A stretch of DNA of 59,690 nucleotides, the filler included, from Jimgerdemannia flammicorona (lineage: Eukaryota): assembly GCA_003990765.1 (NCBI GenBank). It is 2 parts of 2 records of this genome, joined end to end, with 100 filler letters (N's around TTAATTAATTAA, not from the genome) between each part and the next. Parts side by side here need not be neighbours in the genome. Positions count along the whole stretch, not along the records: positions 1 to 29,800 come from RBNJ01000470.1; positions 29,901 to 59,690 come from RBNJ01000471.1. One strand, written 5' to 3'. The position numbers and the translations under genes were made by a program. Positions 25,233 to 35,253 of the stretch are shown piece by piece (the stretch's first letter is position 1; each line of letters begins with the position of its first letter). Under the pieces are notes generated by a model that did no database searches, was not told the origin of the DNA, and saw only the letters and a list, made by a program, of their open reading frames with translations.

Positions 25233-26997
25233 AGATTTCATGAACTCAGATTCAGCCTCATGTCTCCCGGTGGAACCCACTGCTGAAGGGCGACCGGACC
25301 GTTGGACATACTGGACCTGGCACTAGCATGCGTGTCGTGCGAAAGGGTCGATGCCCATCCATGCATCGCCGTTGGAAGGAGTAGTTGCACGCCAGCCGCA
25401 AAGAGAAACTGTTCGTCCATCATCTCCATGGGTGAGGGGATTGTAAGAAGCGTGCAGTGTCGAGAGGCTCGGTCTGGAAGAAGCACCCCATGGCAGCCAC
25501 GCTTGCGCCTGAGATTGGAAGAGGTAAGTCAGGAATGAGTTCACTAGAATGATGTAAACGTAAAATCGTCAAAACACAAACCCCACCCTGGGCCGATAGT
25601 CCCTTCTCTCTTTTTCTGTTCACCCAGCACAACCGACCTCGCACTCCTCTCCCTATCTTTTGAAGTTCTCACCTATATTGCACCCCGTGTGCTTTTCCTC
25701 TTCAATTATTAGACATGACCTCTTGGAAAAATGCCCATCTTCTGGTTCTGTAAGAATCAAAGGTATGTGCATCCAAAACGAACAAGATCGGGCCTGGTCT
25801 CATCGGTCGCGAGTTTTCTCCCCAGCCACCTCAACCTCTTGTACAAAGCATCCATCAGAGTCAACTCCGCGTGGGCCAGATGCCAAGTACTCCCCCTTCC
25901 TAAATACAAAACCCAGAAGGACAAGGATAAATACTGTACATTACTGTCCAGTCAATGGATGTTTTCCACATCAAGTATATCTTGCAACTGATGATTCTTC
26001 GGGGTCTGTGGCAAAGGTAAAACGGAGGTATTTGCAAAGTAACAATTTATATGAGTTCTAGTACAAAAAGACGAGATTTTAAATTTTATCTAAACTTCTA
26101 CATAATTGTATTTTCGTATACCTTTTGTCTTGCGCCGCGTTGATGGTCGTTCACATCTGACAGACTAAAAGAACGAGAGTGACGACACATAAAAAGATAT
26201 GAGTTGCTGTGCGTACAGGTCACTAGATATGGAGACTGCTTCATTGCACAGGAGATATAAAAGCAATAGGAGGCCATATGTGCAGCAATAATAGAATGAA
26301 ACAACTCCCACATGTACCGATGTTATTGGTGAGCATTACACAAGAATGTGGAGTTAAGAAATGAGGCAATGTAATTTTGAGAGTATTGCCCTTCGAATCA
26401 TCTCCCCACAAAAGAGATATACTGTACTAAGGATGGGGCCTCCAAAAATTGGACACCCATGTCGCGGGTTCAACCTTCCTCCCTCTCCTCCCCTGTCGTG
26501 TCCAACTCCCGCGATTCCAACACGTCATCATTGAACGAGAACTTGCGACGACGAGAGGTCGCAGGCGCACCTGAGGTACCTGATGTACCGGATCACGCTA
26601 GGCTGCAGCAAGATGCTGGCAGGTATGCGCGAGGATGCGTTTTGATGCGGGAATGGAACAGTTGTGCTGGTTGTGACAATTGGAGCACGACGCGCGAGTC
26701 GGACAAAAGCAAAAGACCGCGGTGGGGACAATCATGTCTAGCGGCGAGCCTAGGTCGTCAACAAGAGTATATACAAGGTTGACGGTTGGGACAGTCATGA
26801 GTTCGGGGCTGTAAGTCAACGATACGGTAAGAGAATGTCTCCTAAGCCCTTTTAACTAACTTACCGACTCCCATTCACAGCAATAGGGTTCACAGTCGGC
26901 GATGTGGCGGTTTGGGGAGGTCAGAATGACAGTATAATTTCTTGATTCAGCCACACAGCCTCATCATTCCCGTCAAACAAGAACCATTACAAAAATC

Positions 26998-28344
26998 ATG
27001 TCCGACCCAACCCGTCTACAGCGCCTACTAGCCCGACTCAAGCCCTTCGAACACCTGCACAGTGCCCACCAAACTGAAATCTTGGCCTGGAAGAAAGATT
27101 TTTTGGAATATGACCAAGAACTTCGTGCTTGTCTTGACACCTTCGCCGTACCGCAGCTGGAGCCATACCTTGTCTGGATTCCACACGAAAAATTGGGTAA
27201 ATATTATGGTGGACTGAAACAACTTGCCAAAGGCGGGTTTGCCAAAGTTTACCAAGCGAATGTTTGGGCAAAGTCAGCATATTACAATGTGGCTGCTAAA
27301 GAATTGAAATTGTCGATGGTTGAAGAGGTGAGTTTCGGGTTGGTGTGATATATCCACTATTTTCCACACAATATTAATTACCGATAACCTTTATCCACTA
27401 ATAATTATAGTTAGTGCTGAATGTCTATTTGAGTCGCTGTGGAAATGACGCCAACAATGCCCCTACAATGGATATTGTCGCTGTGTCACGACACCCTGAA
27501 ACCAAAGAATATTTGATGATTATGCAATTTGCTGATATCGGCACTCTTGAGAAGCAGCCGTGCGACCAAGATGGTGATTGGTATACAGCTTTCACCTATG
27601 CTATAAAACTTTCCAGCCGCTTAGCCAGTCTCCACAATATGGGATTCTGCCATAAGGATCTCCACGCGGGAAACGTAGTATTCCACAAGTCTCATACCGC
27701 ACTCCTGATCGATGTCGGACTTAGTCAAGCTGTAGAAGATGTGAATTCCGAGAAAGGTGCCTACGGTCGGATTGCATACTTTCCTCCAGAGATCTTTAAG
27801 GGAGAACATTATACACAGAAATCAGACGTCTACTGCTTGGGAACCCTGTTGTGGCAGTTGATTGTCGGCGTTCCACCACAAGTCGACGCATCGGTAGCCA
27901 TCACCAGAAATCCTGATGGCCTTCGAGAGGAGTTAATCCCTAGTGCGCCAACAATGTTCAACGACATCATCCGAAGCTGCTGGCACATCAACCCCAACCA
28001 GCGACCGAGTGCTCTTGAAGTCCACCATCAATTGTTAGAATGTGCAGCTGGTTTAGTCAGCATTCCTTTTGTCTTGCGACCAAATATAGAAGATCAAATT
28101 TTAAGAGGGCTTGCAATTACATCTATACCTTTTTCACTCGAGATGCAATCGTTCATCGAGACAAGACGGGTCACCCATCAACAAGAGCTGGAATCTGCAA
28201 ACAGCGGCAACGTCTTCGAATTCATAGATGGACAGAGCACATGCAACACCGGGAGTAAATTTTACACACATTCACAACTCAAACAAATTACCAAAGAGCA
28301 CTCGCGATCGACCCTTATCACTCTTGTGCGACAACCAAATCAAG
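26998..28344 (+). CDS. Tyrosine-kinase-like (TKL) Ser/Thr protein kinase domain; exons 26998-27327 and 27411-28344; probably the N-terminal part of a kinase-LRR protein
   Basis: LAKGGFAKVY, VAAKEL, HKDLHAGN, LIDVGLS, YFPPE, SDVYCLG, CW...RPS motifs. Phase-0 GTGAGT...ACTAAT...TAG intron 27328-27410 joins the two ORFs in frame. Candidate donor G|GTTGGT at 28344/28345 (phase 1). Confidence 0.9.
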
Positions 28345-28645
28345 GTTGGTAGCATCACAGGTCATACAGTTATCCTTGTATATGATATTATATTTGTTAA
28401 CCAGCAGGCTTTTGTGTTCTTAACTTATGTCACAACGATTAGACTATGGTAGCATCAGAGGTAATGTTAGCAGGTCCCGAGATTGTTGACATTTGGTTTA
28501 TGCATATTAATTCTCGATTTGTGTTTAGAGAAGAGCATCCCGACGAATCACAACACATATATTATATCACATGAACTATTTTCTACTGTTCATATAATCA
28601 AAATCATGTTCTGTTTATGTTCGCTATATCTCTATTCATCTACAG

Positions 28646-29800
28646 AAAGCAGGACTGACAGCGAGGAGACCAGTATCCTAGTGAAGTTTCTGAAGCGAGA
28701 AGCGACCTTGCATGAGTTAAATCTCTCTGGTATGGTTGAACAGTGCGAACTATTGTTATGCAAAAATAAAAATACACACTCTGCTCATTTATATCATATT
28801 CAGGAAAGTGCAAGTACACGAGCGACAGAGCAACGCGCACTCTGATAGAATTTCTGAAGCAGAACACAAACGTGACCAAGCTCGATCTTAGCAGTGAGTC
28901 AGAAACATCCGAATTATTGTTTTTGTAGCTGTGGGATAGGAACAAGTTGTGATCCAGGTGTGTTCACATTCTTTCAATATATTCAGGAAACGGATTTGGC
29001 ATTCTGTTAGCCCGCGCCTTGGCAGAGTTTCTGAAGCAGAACACATCTTTGACCACCCTCAATTTTGAAGGTATATCAGAGTTACGTGAATCACTATTTT
29101 GAGCAATATGAGGGAACGGAGCTCACAATATCCGTGTGTTTTCTCATCTCCTTCTATTCATTTCTCAGTGAACAGCATCGGCCACGAGGGGGCACGCGAC
29201 CTTGACCTCGCTGCATCTCCGAGGTATGTCAGAAACCGGTGTGAAGAAAAATGGGGTGCGGCTGCGCAATGGAATCAAGCTCACGATGTGTGCGTGTTCG
29301 CTGATTCCCCTCCTGCTCATTTTCATTTCTCAGAGAACAGCATCGGCGACGAGGGGGCACGCGCCCTAGCCGAGTGTTTGAAGCAGAACACGACCTTGAC
29401 CTCGCTGGATCTCGGAGGTATGTCAGAAACTGGTGTGAAGCAAAATGGGGTGCGGCTGCGCAATGGAATCAAGCTCACGATGTGTGCGTGTTCGCTGATT
29501 CCCCTCCTGCTCATTTTCATTTCTCAGACAACGGCATCGGCCACGAGGGGGCACGCGCCCTAGCCGAGTGTTTGAAGCAGAACACGACCTTGACCTCGCT
29601 GGATCTCCGAGGTATGTCAGAAACTGGTGTGAAGCAAAATGGGGTGCGGCTGCGCAATGGAATCAAGCTCACGATGTGTGCGTGTTCGCTGATTCCCCTC
29701 CTGCTCATTTTCAGTTTCTCAGCGAACAGCATCGGCCACGAGGGGGCACGCGCCCTAGCCGAGTGTTTGAAGCAGAACACGACCTTGACCTCGCTGCATC
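28646..29800 (+). CDS. RNI-like (NLRC3-type, 28-aa) leucine-rich-repeat exons: 28646-28729, 28804-28893, 28987-29070, 29169-29223 (29-bp deletion), 29334-29417, 29528-29611, 29723-gap
   Basis: Each exon is flanked by CAG and GTATGT/GTATGG/GTGAGT/GTATAT. Intact exons are 84 nt (one 90 nt) and phase 1-1, translating to xN(S/G)IG(D/H)EGARALAECLKQNTTLTSL(D/H)L(G/R). Confidence 0.88.
29169..29800 (+). repeat. Tandem 194-bp exon+intron cassette (84-nt exon + 110-nt intron)
   Basis: Near-identical units start at 29169, 29334, 29528 and 29723; the array is truncated by the N gap. Confidence 0.92.
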
Positions 29801-29900
29801 NNNNNNNNNNNNNNNNNNNNNNNNNNNNNNNNNNNNNNNNNNNNTTAATTAATTAANNNNNNNNNNNNNNNNNNNNNNNNNNNNNNNNNNNNNNNNNNNN
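29801..29900. other. Assembly gap with artificial TTAATTAATTAA spacer (29845-29856)
   Basis: Ns flanking a palindromic 12-mer that gives stops in all six frames. Confidence 0.9.
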
Positions 29901-29914
29901 TTTTTTTTATAGGC

Positions 29915-31316
29915 CAATAGCATTATCTGCTATCTGAGATATCAGATCACAAAGTACCCACTTTACCCCCTGAGAAATGCTGTTTGGAGAAGAAAGTTCT
30001 CAAGAAACTCTATCATCTAATGGGGATACTGTATGGAAACATGTGGATGGAGAAATATGAAGACTACACCAAATTAGGAAGAAGGCTGAGGATTACATAA
30101 TGAAGGCACAGGCACTATAATGGAAAAATATGGAAAAGACCCACAAACCCCTGGAGATTATCAAGATAGGAGACAAAGTCCTAGTATATCAGAATATGGT
30201 AGAAGCCTCATAGTTATGAAAACTGGAGCCCAAGTGAGAAGGACCTTACCTTATGTAAGATATAAAAGGGACCACTTTTTGACTACAAAAACTCTCAGGC
30301 ACAATTATCCCTACTACCATCCATCAAAACTGACTCAAGAAGTATCATGACTAGTCAACAAAGTAATACTACTGCCCTCAGAATTACTAGTACTACTCAG
30401 TGAGTCATTGAAAGACAGTGGTGTTCTACTGAACCACCAATGATGGAAGAATCCTTTGACAGCATTCAGAGTATAGTATAAATACATCTGTCACAAATTT
30501 CATATTTCAAGGCCTACTAGAATCGAACTGAGTTCCAGGAATACTTCAAGTTGGGACAGCTACTGAATTCAACCCCAAAGATGGGAAAAGAAGACTAGAT
30601 CAGAGAATGTCAGCTCTCCTACACTCAGATCACAATTGTAAAAAAAGTGCACAAGTTATTTAAGGATGATGAGTTAGCCTTAGCCCATTTCCAAGGAGTA
30701 ACTCCAGGAGACTTTGAATATGTCAAGTAACAACATTAGAAGGACGTAATGATACAAATTGCACAATATAAGGAAATACAAATTGTAGAAGCCTGGGAAT
30801 TCAAGTAAATAGGATGCTCCTGAGATGAATCACCTATTTAGGAGGAAGATGTGATAGCTGATCTGAATTAGTAACATGAAACAGGGAAATTAGACATTTG
30901 ATCGCAGTACTTAAATCCAATTCCCAATATAGCTTAGCCTTATAAAAATAGCAGCCATATTCTGCAAAGTGCAGAAACTTTAATGTTTACAAAGATTTAA
31001 GAGATATTAGAATCTTCACAATCAGCAAAATCTTAGCAGATGTTAAAAGATTCAACATTTGTAAAATGAGTCATTACTTAGCCACCTTATAGCTAGCAAA
31101 ACTTGTATAAATAACCCAGTATCTTAGAGTAAATAAACCTCATATTGAAATAGTTCAAAAGTAAAGAGATAGCAAAGGAACTAGTAAGCCTGTGGGCAGA
31201 TACACTTCAAACTCACCCACCCCTGCATTCTAAGGACTCCAAGGAGTCAGAAAGATCAAGTATTTAAGATACAAAAATCCAACATACTTTCAAGACTAAG
31301 CATCCACTACATTATA
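29915..31316 (+). mobile_element. Gypsy family B remnant: integrase 3' end, PPT (30840-30849) and short ~470-bp LTR (30850-~31316)
   Basis: KLEPK*EGPY...DIKGTTF...LKKYH is homologous to family A integrase. Same PPT AGGAGGAAGA followed by TGTGA; LTR ends ...ccactacattata. Confidence 0.72.
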
Positions 31317-31439
31317 ATACATATTTGGTAATATCTATATATCAATAGTGAAGGATATTCAATTTGGTATATTCTATTTTAAAATAAATTAAATTAAAAT
31401 GAGATTAATTTAAAATATTAGAATTGATATTCAAAGTTA

Positions 31440-32414
31440 AATATTAGATCTTACTTATAGTGTAATTTTGATAATATTATGATTTCTTTAAAAGATCAGT
31501 TTAATTTCACTTTATTTAGTTTCAGCAGAAGGAATAATAATATCTAGTTTTAGAAGACAAAAAAGATCTCTCAACTCTAAATTCTCAACAACTGTAAAAG
31601 GCTGACTATTATGGATAATTCAATAAATAAACATATCTTGAAATAATTTCATAGAAAATCTGAGCTATTTAATATATCAAATAGTAATAAATTAATAAGA
31701 AACAAAAAACAAAAAACAAAAGAAGCAAATAAATAATATAAAAACTATATTTTTAAGAAAAAAAATTCTATTACTCTTACTTGGTGACTTTTGTGAAATT
31801 TGTTAAAATATATCTATAGATTTATTATAGAGCTAACAATAAACTTATATATCATTTTACAGTAATTATATTTGACTCTTCTGATGTCTCTATTCTCTGC
31901 ATACTCTTTTGTAAACTCTTTCCAAATCTAGAGTGTTCTTTTACTTTTCCTTTTCCTTTCTTAAACTGTTATATTGAGATTATACTTATTATAGTTATGC
32001 TTATTGAAGTTATATCTGACACTAAAGTTATTGTCATATATAGTATCTACTATAAGTGGTACTGTAGAAGACATGTCTGATATGCTTGATTGTGATATAC
32101 TTGATTGTATATATATGTTGTTATTGTGAGTTATATTGTATGTAAGTTTTGAATTACTATATTTAGTTTTGAATTGAACTTTGAATCAAATTTTGAATTT
32201 AATTCAAATTGTGACTTGATTTTATTTGATTCAATTCATAGTCAAGGGCCTTAAATAAGGTGAATCCAGTATAATAAAGATTATTAAATTTGGACTTTTT
32301 TATTGAGTAATTGAATTTTAAAAATTTAGATTCAATTGAAATTTGAATTAAATTAGACCTTAATTCAAATCTAATTAATTTAAATTGATTCAATTTAATT
32401 AATTGGGAGCACTA
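31440..32414 (-). mobile_element. Decayed hAT DNA transposon 5' end with BED zinc-finger remnant
   Basis: Minus-strand terminus TAGTGCTCCC at 32414, decayed subterminal repeats 32165-32405. 31795-31950 translates IWKEFTKE...VK(Y/C)NYCK...SSIINL...FH, resembling a BED finger. Left boundary uncertain. Confidence 0.65.
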
Positions 32415-33229
32415 AGTACTATTACAACTATTCACACTATCAATCTATATCTTTTAGTGATGGGGAGTAAATATGTATTATTAGATCTCTGCTAGTTATA
32501 CTAAGAAGAAATAAATATATCTTAGTATTTATAGAATATCTAACCAAATGACCCAAAGCTTTCTCAATATAAATTACTAATGTCTTGACCATTATTGACC
32601 TTCTCTATAGTCTCACACTCAGATATAGATCTTCAGAAGAAGTTATCTATAATTAAGATACATAAGTTATACTTAAATTTATAAGATCTACTTGAAATAA
32701 ACTACATAATACTACTCTTAAACCAATGGTATAATAATAGAACAAATGAACCAGACTATTAAGAAAGAACTTTTCTAAGTCAATTCTATCAACTGAGACC
32801 TCTGCTTACCTGAGATCTTATAGAAAATTCAGAACACTCCTGCTATCTCTACTAAACAAAAGCTATTCAAGTTGATGTTTGCTAAAAAAAAAAAAAAAAA
32901 AAAAAACCAGAATTGCTGATTATGAGAACCTCAGAGATCTTCTCAAAAAGGCAGAATAATTATATATTTAAGCCTAAGCTCTGATAATTAAGGTCAAAAA
33001 AATATAAAAGAAGTACTATATATCTAGAGTAAATAAATCTCAGATCAAAATAGTTTAAACAAAGAGATAAGAAACTAGTAAGCCTATAGACAAATATATT
33101 TCAAACTTATCCATCTCTATATTTAAGGAATTAAAGAAGATCAAGTATTCAAGATAAAGAAATCTGTCTCACTTCTACTAGTATATATCTACTATATTAT
33201 ATAGTATATAATATATGACCCTAAATAAT

Positions 33230-33625
33230 ATAAGCTTAAAGAAGAAACTCAGACTCTACTATATTAGACTATTTGAGATCTTAGAAAAATATAGACCTAT
33301 TATATATAAGCTAGATCTTCTAATATGTAACTTTTAAAAAAATTCACTTAATATTCTCTATATCTCAACTTTAACCATATACTCTAAATATCTTTAATAG
33401 AATAATTATACTACTCTCAGATCTGATTATATATTATAAATCAGAAATCAAAATATAAAGTTAATTAATCTTAAATTAAAAGAACTAATAATTTAGATAA
33501 GCTATTAAGCTCATCTAATACTATCTTATAAAATAGAAAATTTATCCTAAATATAATATTACTTAGAAAAAAGAAGATAATCTCTTACTAAATATAGAAG
33601 AGATAGTAATCTAATATAAATATAT
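33230..33625 (+). pseudogene. Heavily decayed chromovirus-type integrase C-terminus (GPF/GPY motif + chromodomain)
   Basis: Residual FEILEK...YKLDL...KIH.IF.ISQL and ..KYKV..L...IK*K...T*KKEDNL pattern, recognisable only after allowing C>T/G>A changes and frameshifts. Confidence 0.45.
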
Positions 33626-33826
33626 ATAATTTATATAATAAAATTTCTAATAGAATTTCTAGAGTAGTTATTATAATAGTGACTCTAGAATGATGACATC
33701 AGTACAGGAGACAGCCTTTCCTTGCAAGCCACCAGATCGGAGCACAAGAAGATCATATGGCATACAAGATGAGGAATGATGACCAACTGTGAGTCATTGT
33801 GACCACAGCACAAGTATCCTGAAGAA

Positions 33827-33833
33827 TATAAAA
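33827..33833 (+). promoter_or_regulatory. TATA box (TATAAAA) upstream of the LTR-internal ORF
   Basis: Present in all six family A LTRs, ~80 nt before an ATG in an A-rich context (AAACAAAATG). Confidence 0.55.
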
Positions 33834-33913
33834 GAAGGATCAAGAAACTGCAGTAGTAGCAACCAATAAGAACTACCAATCCCAAAATAGCTTAAAGACT
33901 TACTATAAACAAA

Positions 33914-34725
33914 ATGTCTGCTGCATGCCAAACCTCAAGGTCAAGAAATTACCAAGTATCTTGGTCGAGGAAAGGATGTTCCAAGACATCAGAAGAGCCA
34001 TGAGGACCCACTCAAGAAGGACTCCTAGTGTCAACCTGGGTACTGCAGACCCTTATCACTTCATTCTCTACTGCCATGAAATGGAAACAAGGATCACTAT
34101 TGCTACTGAATGCCTCCAAATGTGGCAGGAGTATGAAATAGGAAACCTTCTCTACTGGGAGTTCCCACAGGCCAGTACCCAAGAGCTACAAGATACCACT
34201 CCCATGGATATACACAAAACAAAGATAGCTAAGAAGATCCATCAGATCTTCAGGCATGTACCATGGTCAATCCCCAACTTGAAGTATGTTAGAGTCTCAG
34301 ACTTCAGAGACCTATCATCCTGCCATATCAATATACTAGAAGCCAAGGTGGCTATAGAAGCCTGGTCCACTATCACTCTCAACAGTGAAGAAGTAGAAGA
34401 CTTCTGGCACCCTATCCTTCAGGACATCCCAGACCAATTCCTGCAAGGATTGATCTCAGTATTCCGAGGCCCAAGCATCTGGGTTAGATCTCCCCAAGAC
34501 CCCATGTTTGTTCCTTATTTTGTGGAAGAGAACCTCATAGACTGGAGAGCTCCAGACCTTGTTTCCGATTTCCCCACCACAGCTAAACATGATGACATCA
34601 TTGGCGATGATGTCATCCTGTATGACATACGCGAAATGCATGACCTGTATGATGAATTCATGGATCTCATCTCCTTTAGTAATGATGATGATGAAGCCCC
34701 CATGGTCCTGAACTTTCTGCTCTAA
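33914..34725 (+). pseudogene. LTR-internal ORF of copy 2 5' LTR (1-bp deletion near 33956, otherwise open)
   Basis: Homologous over its whole length to the intact 278-aa ORF 56620-57456. Confidence 0.8.
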
Positions 34726-35136
34726 GTGCTTTGTTACACTGGATAATGCCAGCACCAGTATTCTCATGTAACACTAGATAATGCCAGCATCCTGAACCTG
34801 TACAACTATCAGTACCAACTCTGGAACTTAGTTGTTTTAGTTATTGGAATTTATATTTAGCTTTATATCTTAGCAACCATTGAATTATATTTTATATAAA
34901 TACCCCTCTTATTTCCTCTGAAATAAAGTTAGTCAACTCAGTGCAATATACACACTTTCTTGCAAATAATCTAAGAGATAACAAGACAGTTTAAAGATAA
35001 GAAGTTTGAGGACTATAAGACCTTGAGAAGGCACTCCAATAAGAACTTGCTTATAACGACTTGAGTTAGTCTAAGAGATATACCTTGAAGAGAATCTGGC
35101 ATATTTGAAGGACTCAGTGACCACTATGTGACAACT

Positions 35137-35153
35137 TGGTGCTCATTGGCTGG
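35137..35153 (+). promoter_or_regulatory. tRNA primer-binding site (TGGTGCTCATTGGCTGG), 3 nt after the LTR
   Basis: Starts TGG (complement of tRNA CCA); conserved at 53500 and ~18234-18250. tRNA species not assigned. Confidence 0.75.
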
Positions 35154-35253
35154 TGATTCAAGATGAATCCCTTACTTTTAAGCTGAAAAATGAATAACCC
35201 CCACAACAACTACTCTGACTACAAGAGTCACTCCTGCAAGAATTCAAGATAAG

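Larger units (their letters stand above)
33672..35133 (+). repeat. 5' LTR of family A copy 2
   Basis: Ends ...CACTATGTGACA immediately before the PBS. Confidence 0.92.

Noticed and set aside
29169..29800. Regular repeat array superficially like CRISPR
   Set aside because: There are no unique spacers; units are spliceosomal exon+intron cassettes encoding LRRs in a eukaryotic context.
29845..29856. TTAATTAATTAA palindrome inside the N run
   Set aside because: Artificial six-frame-stop spacer from assembly; not biological. Adjacency across the gap is unproven.
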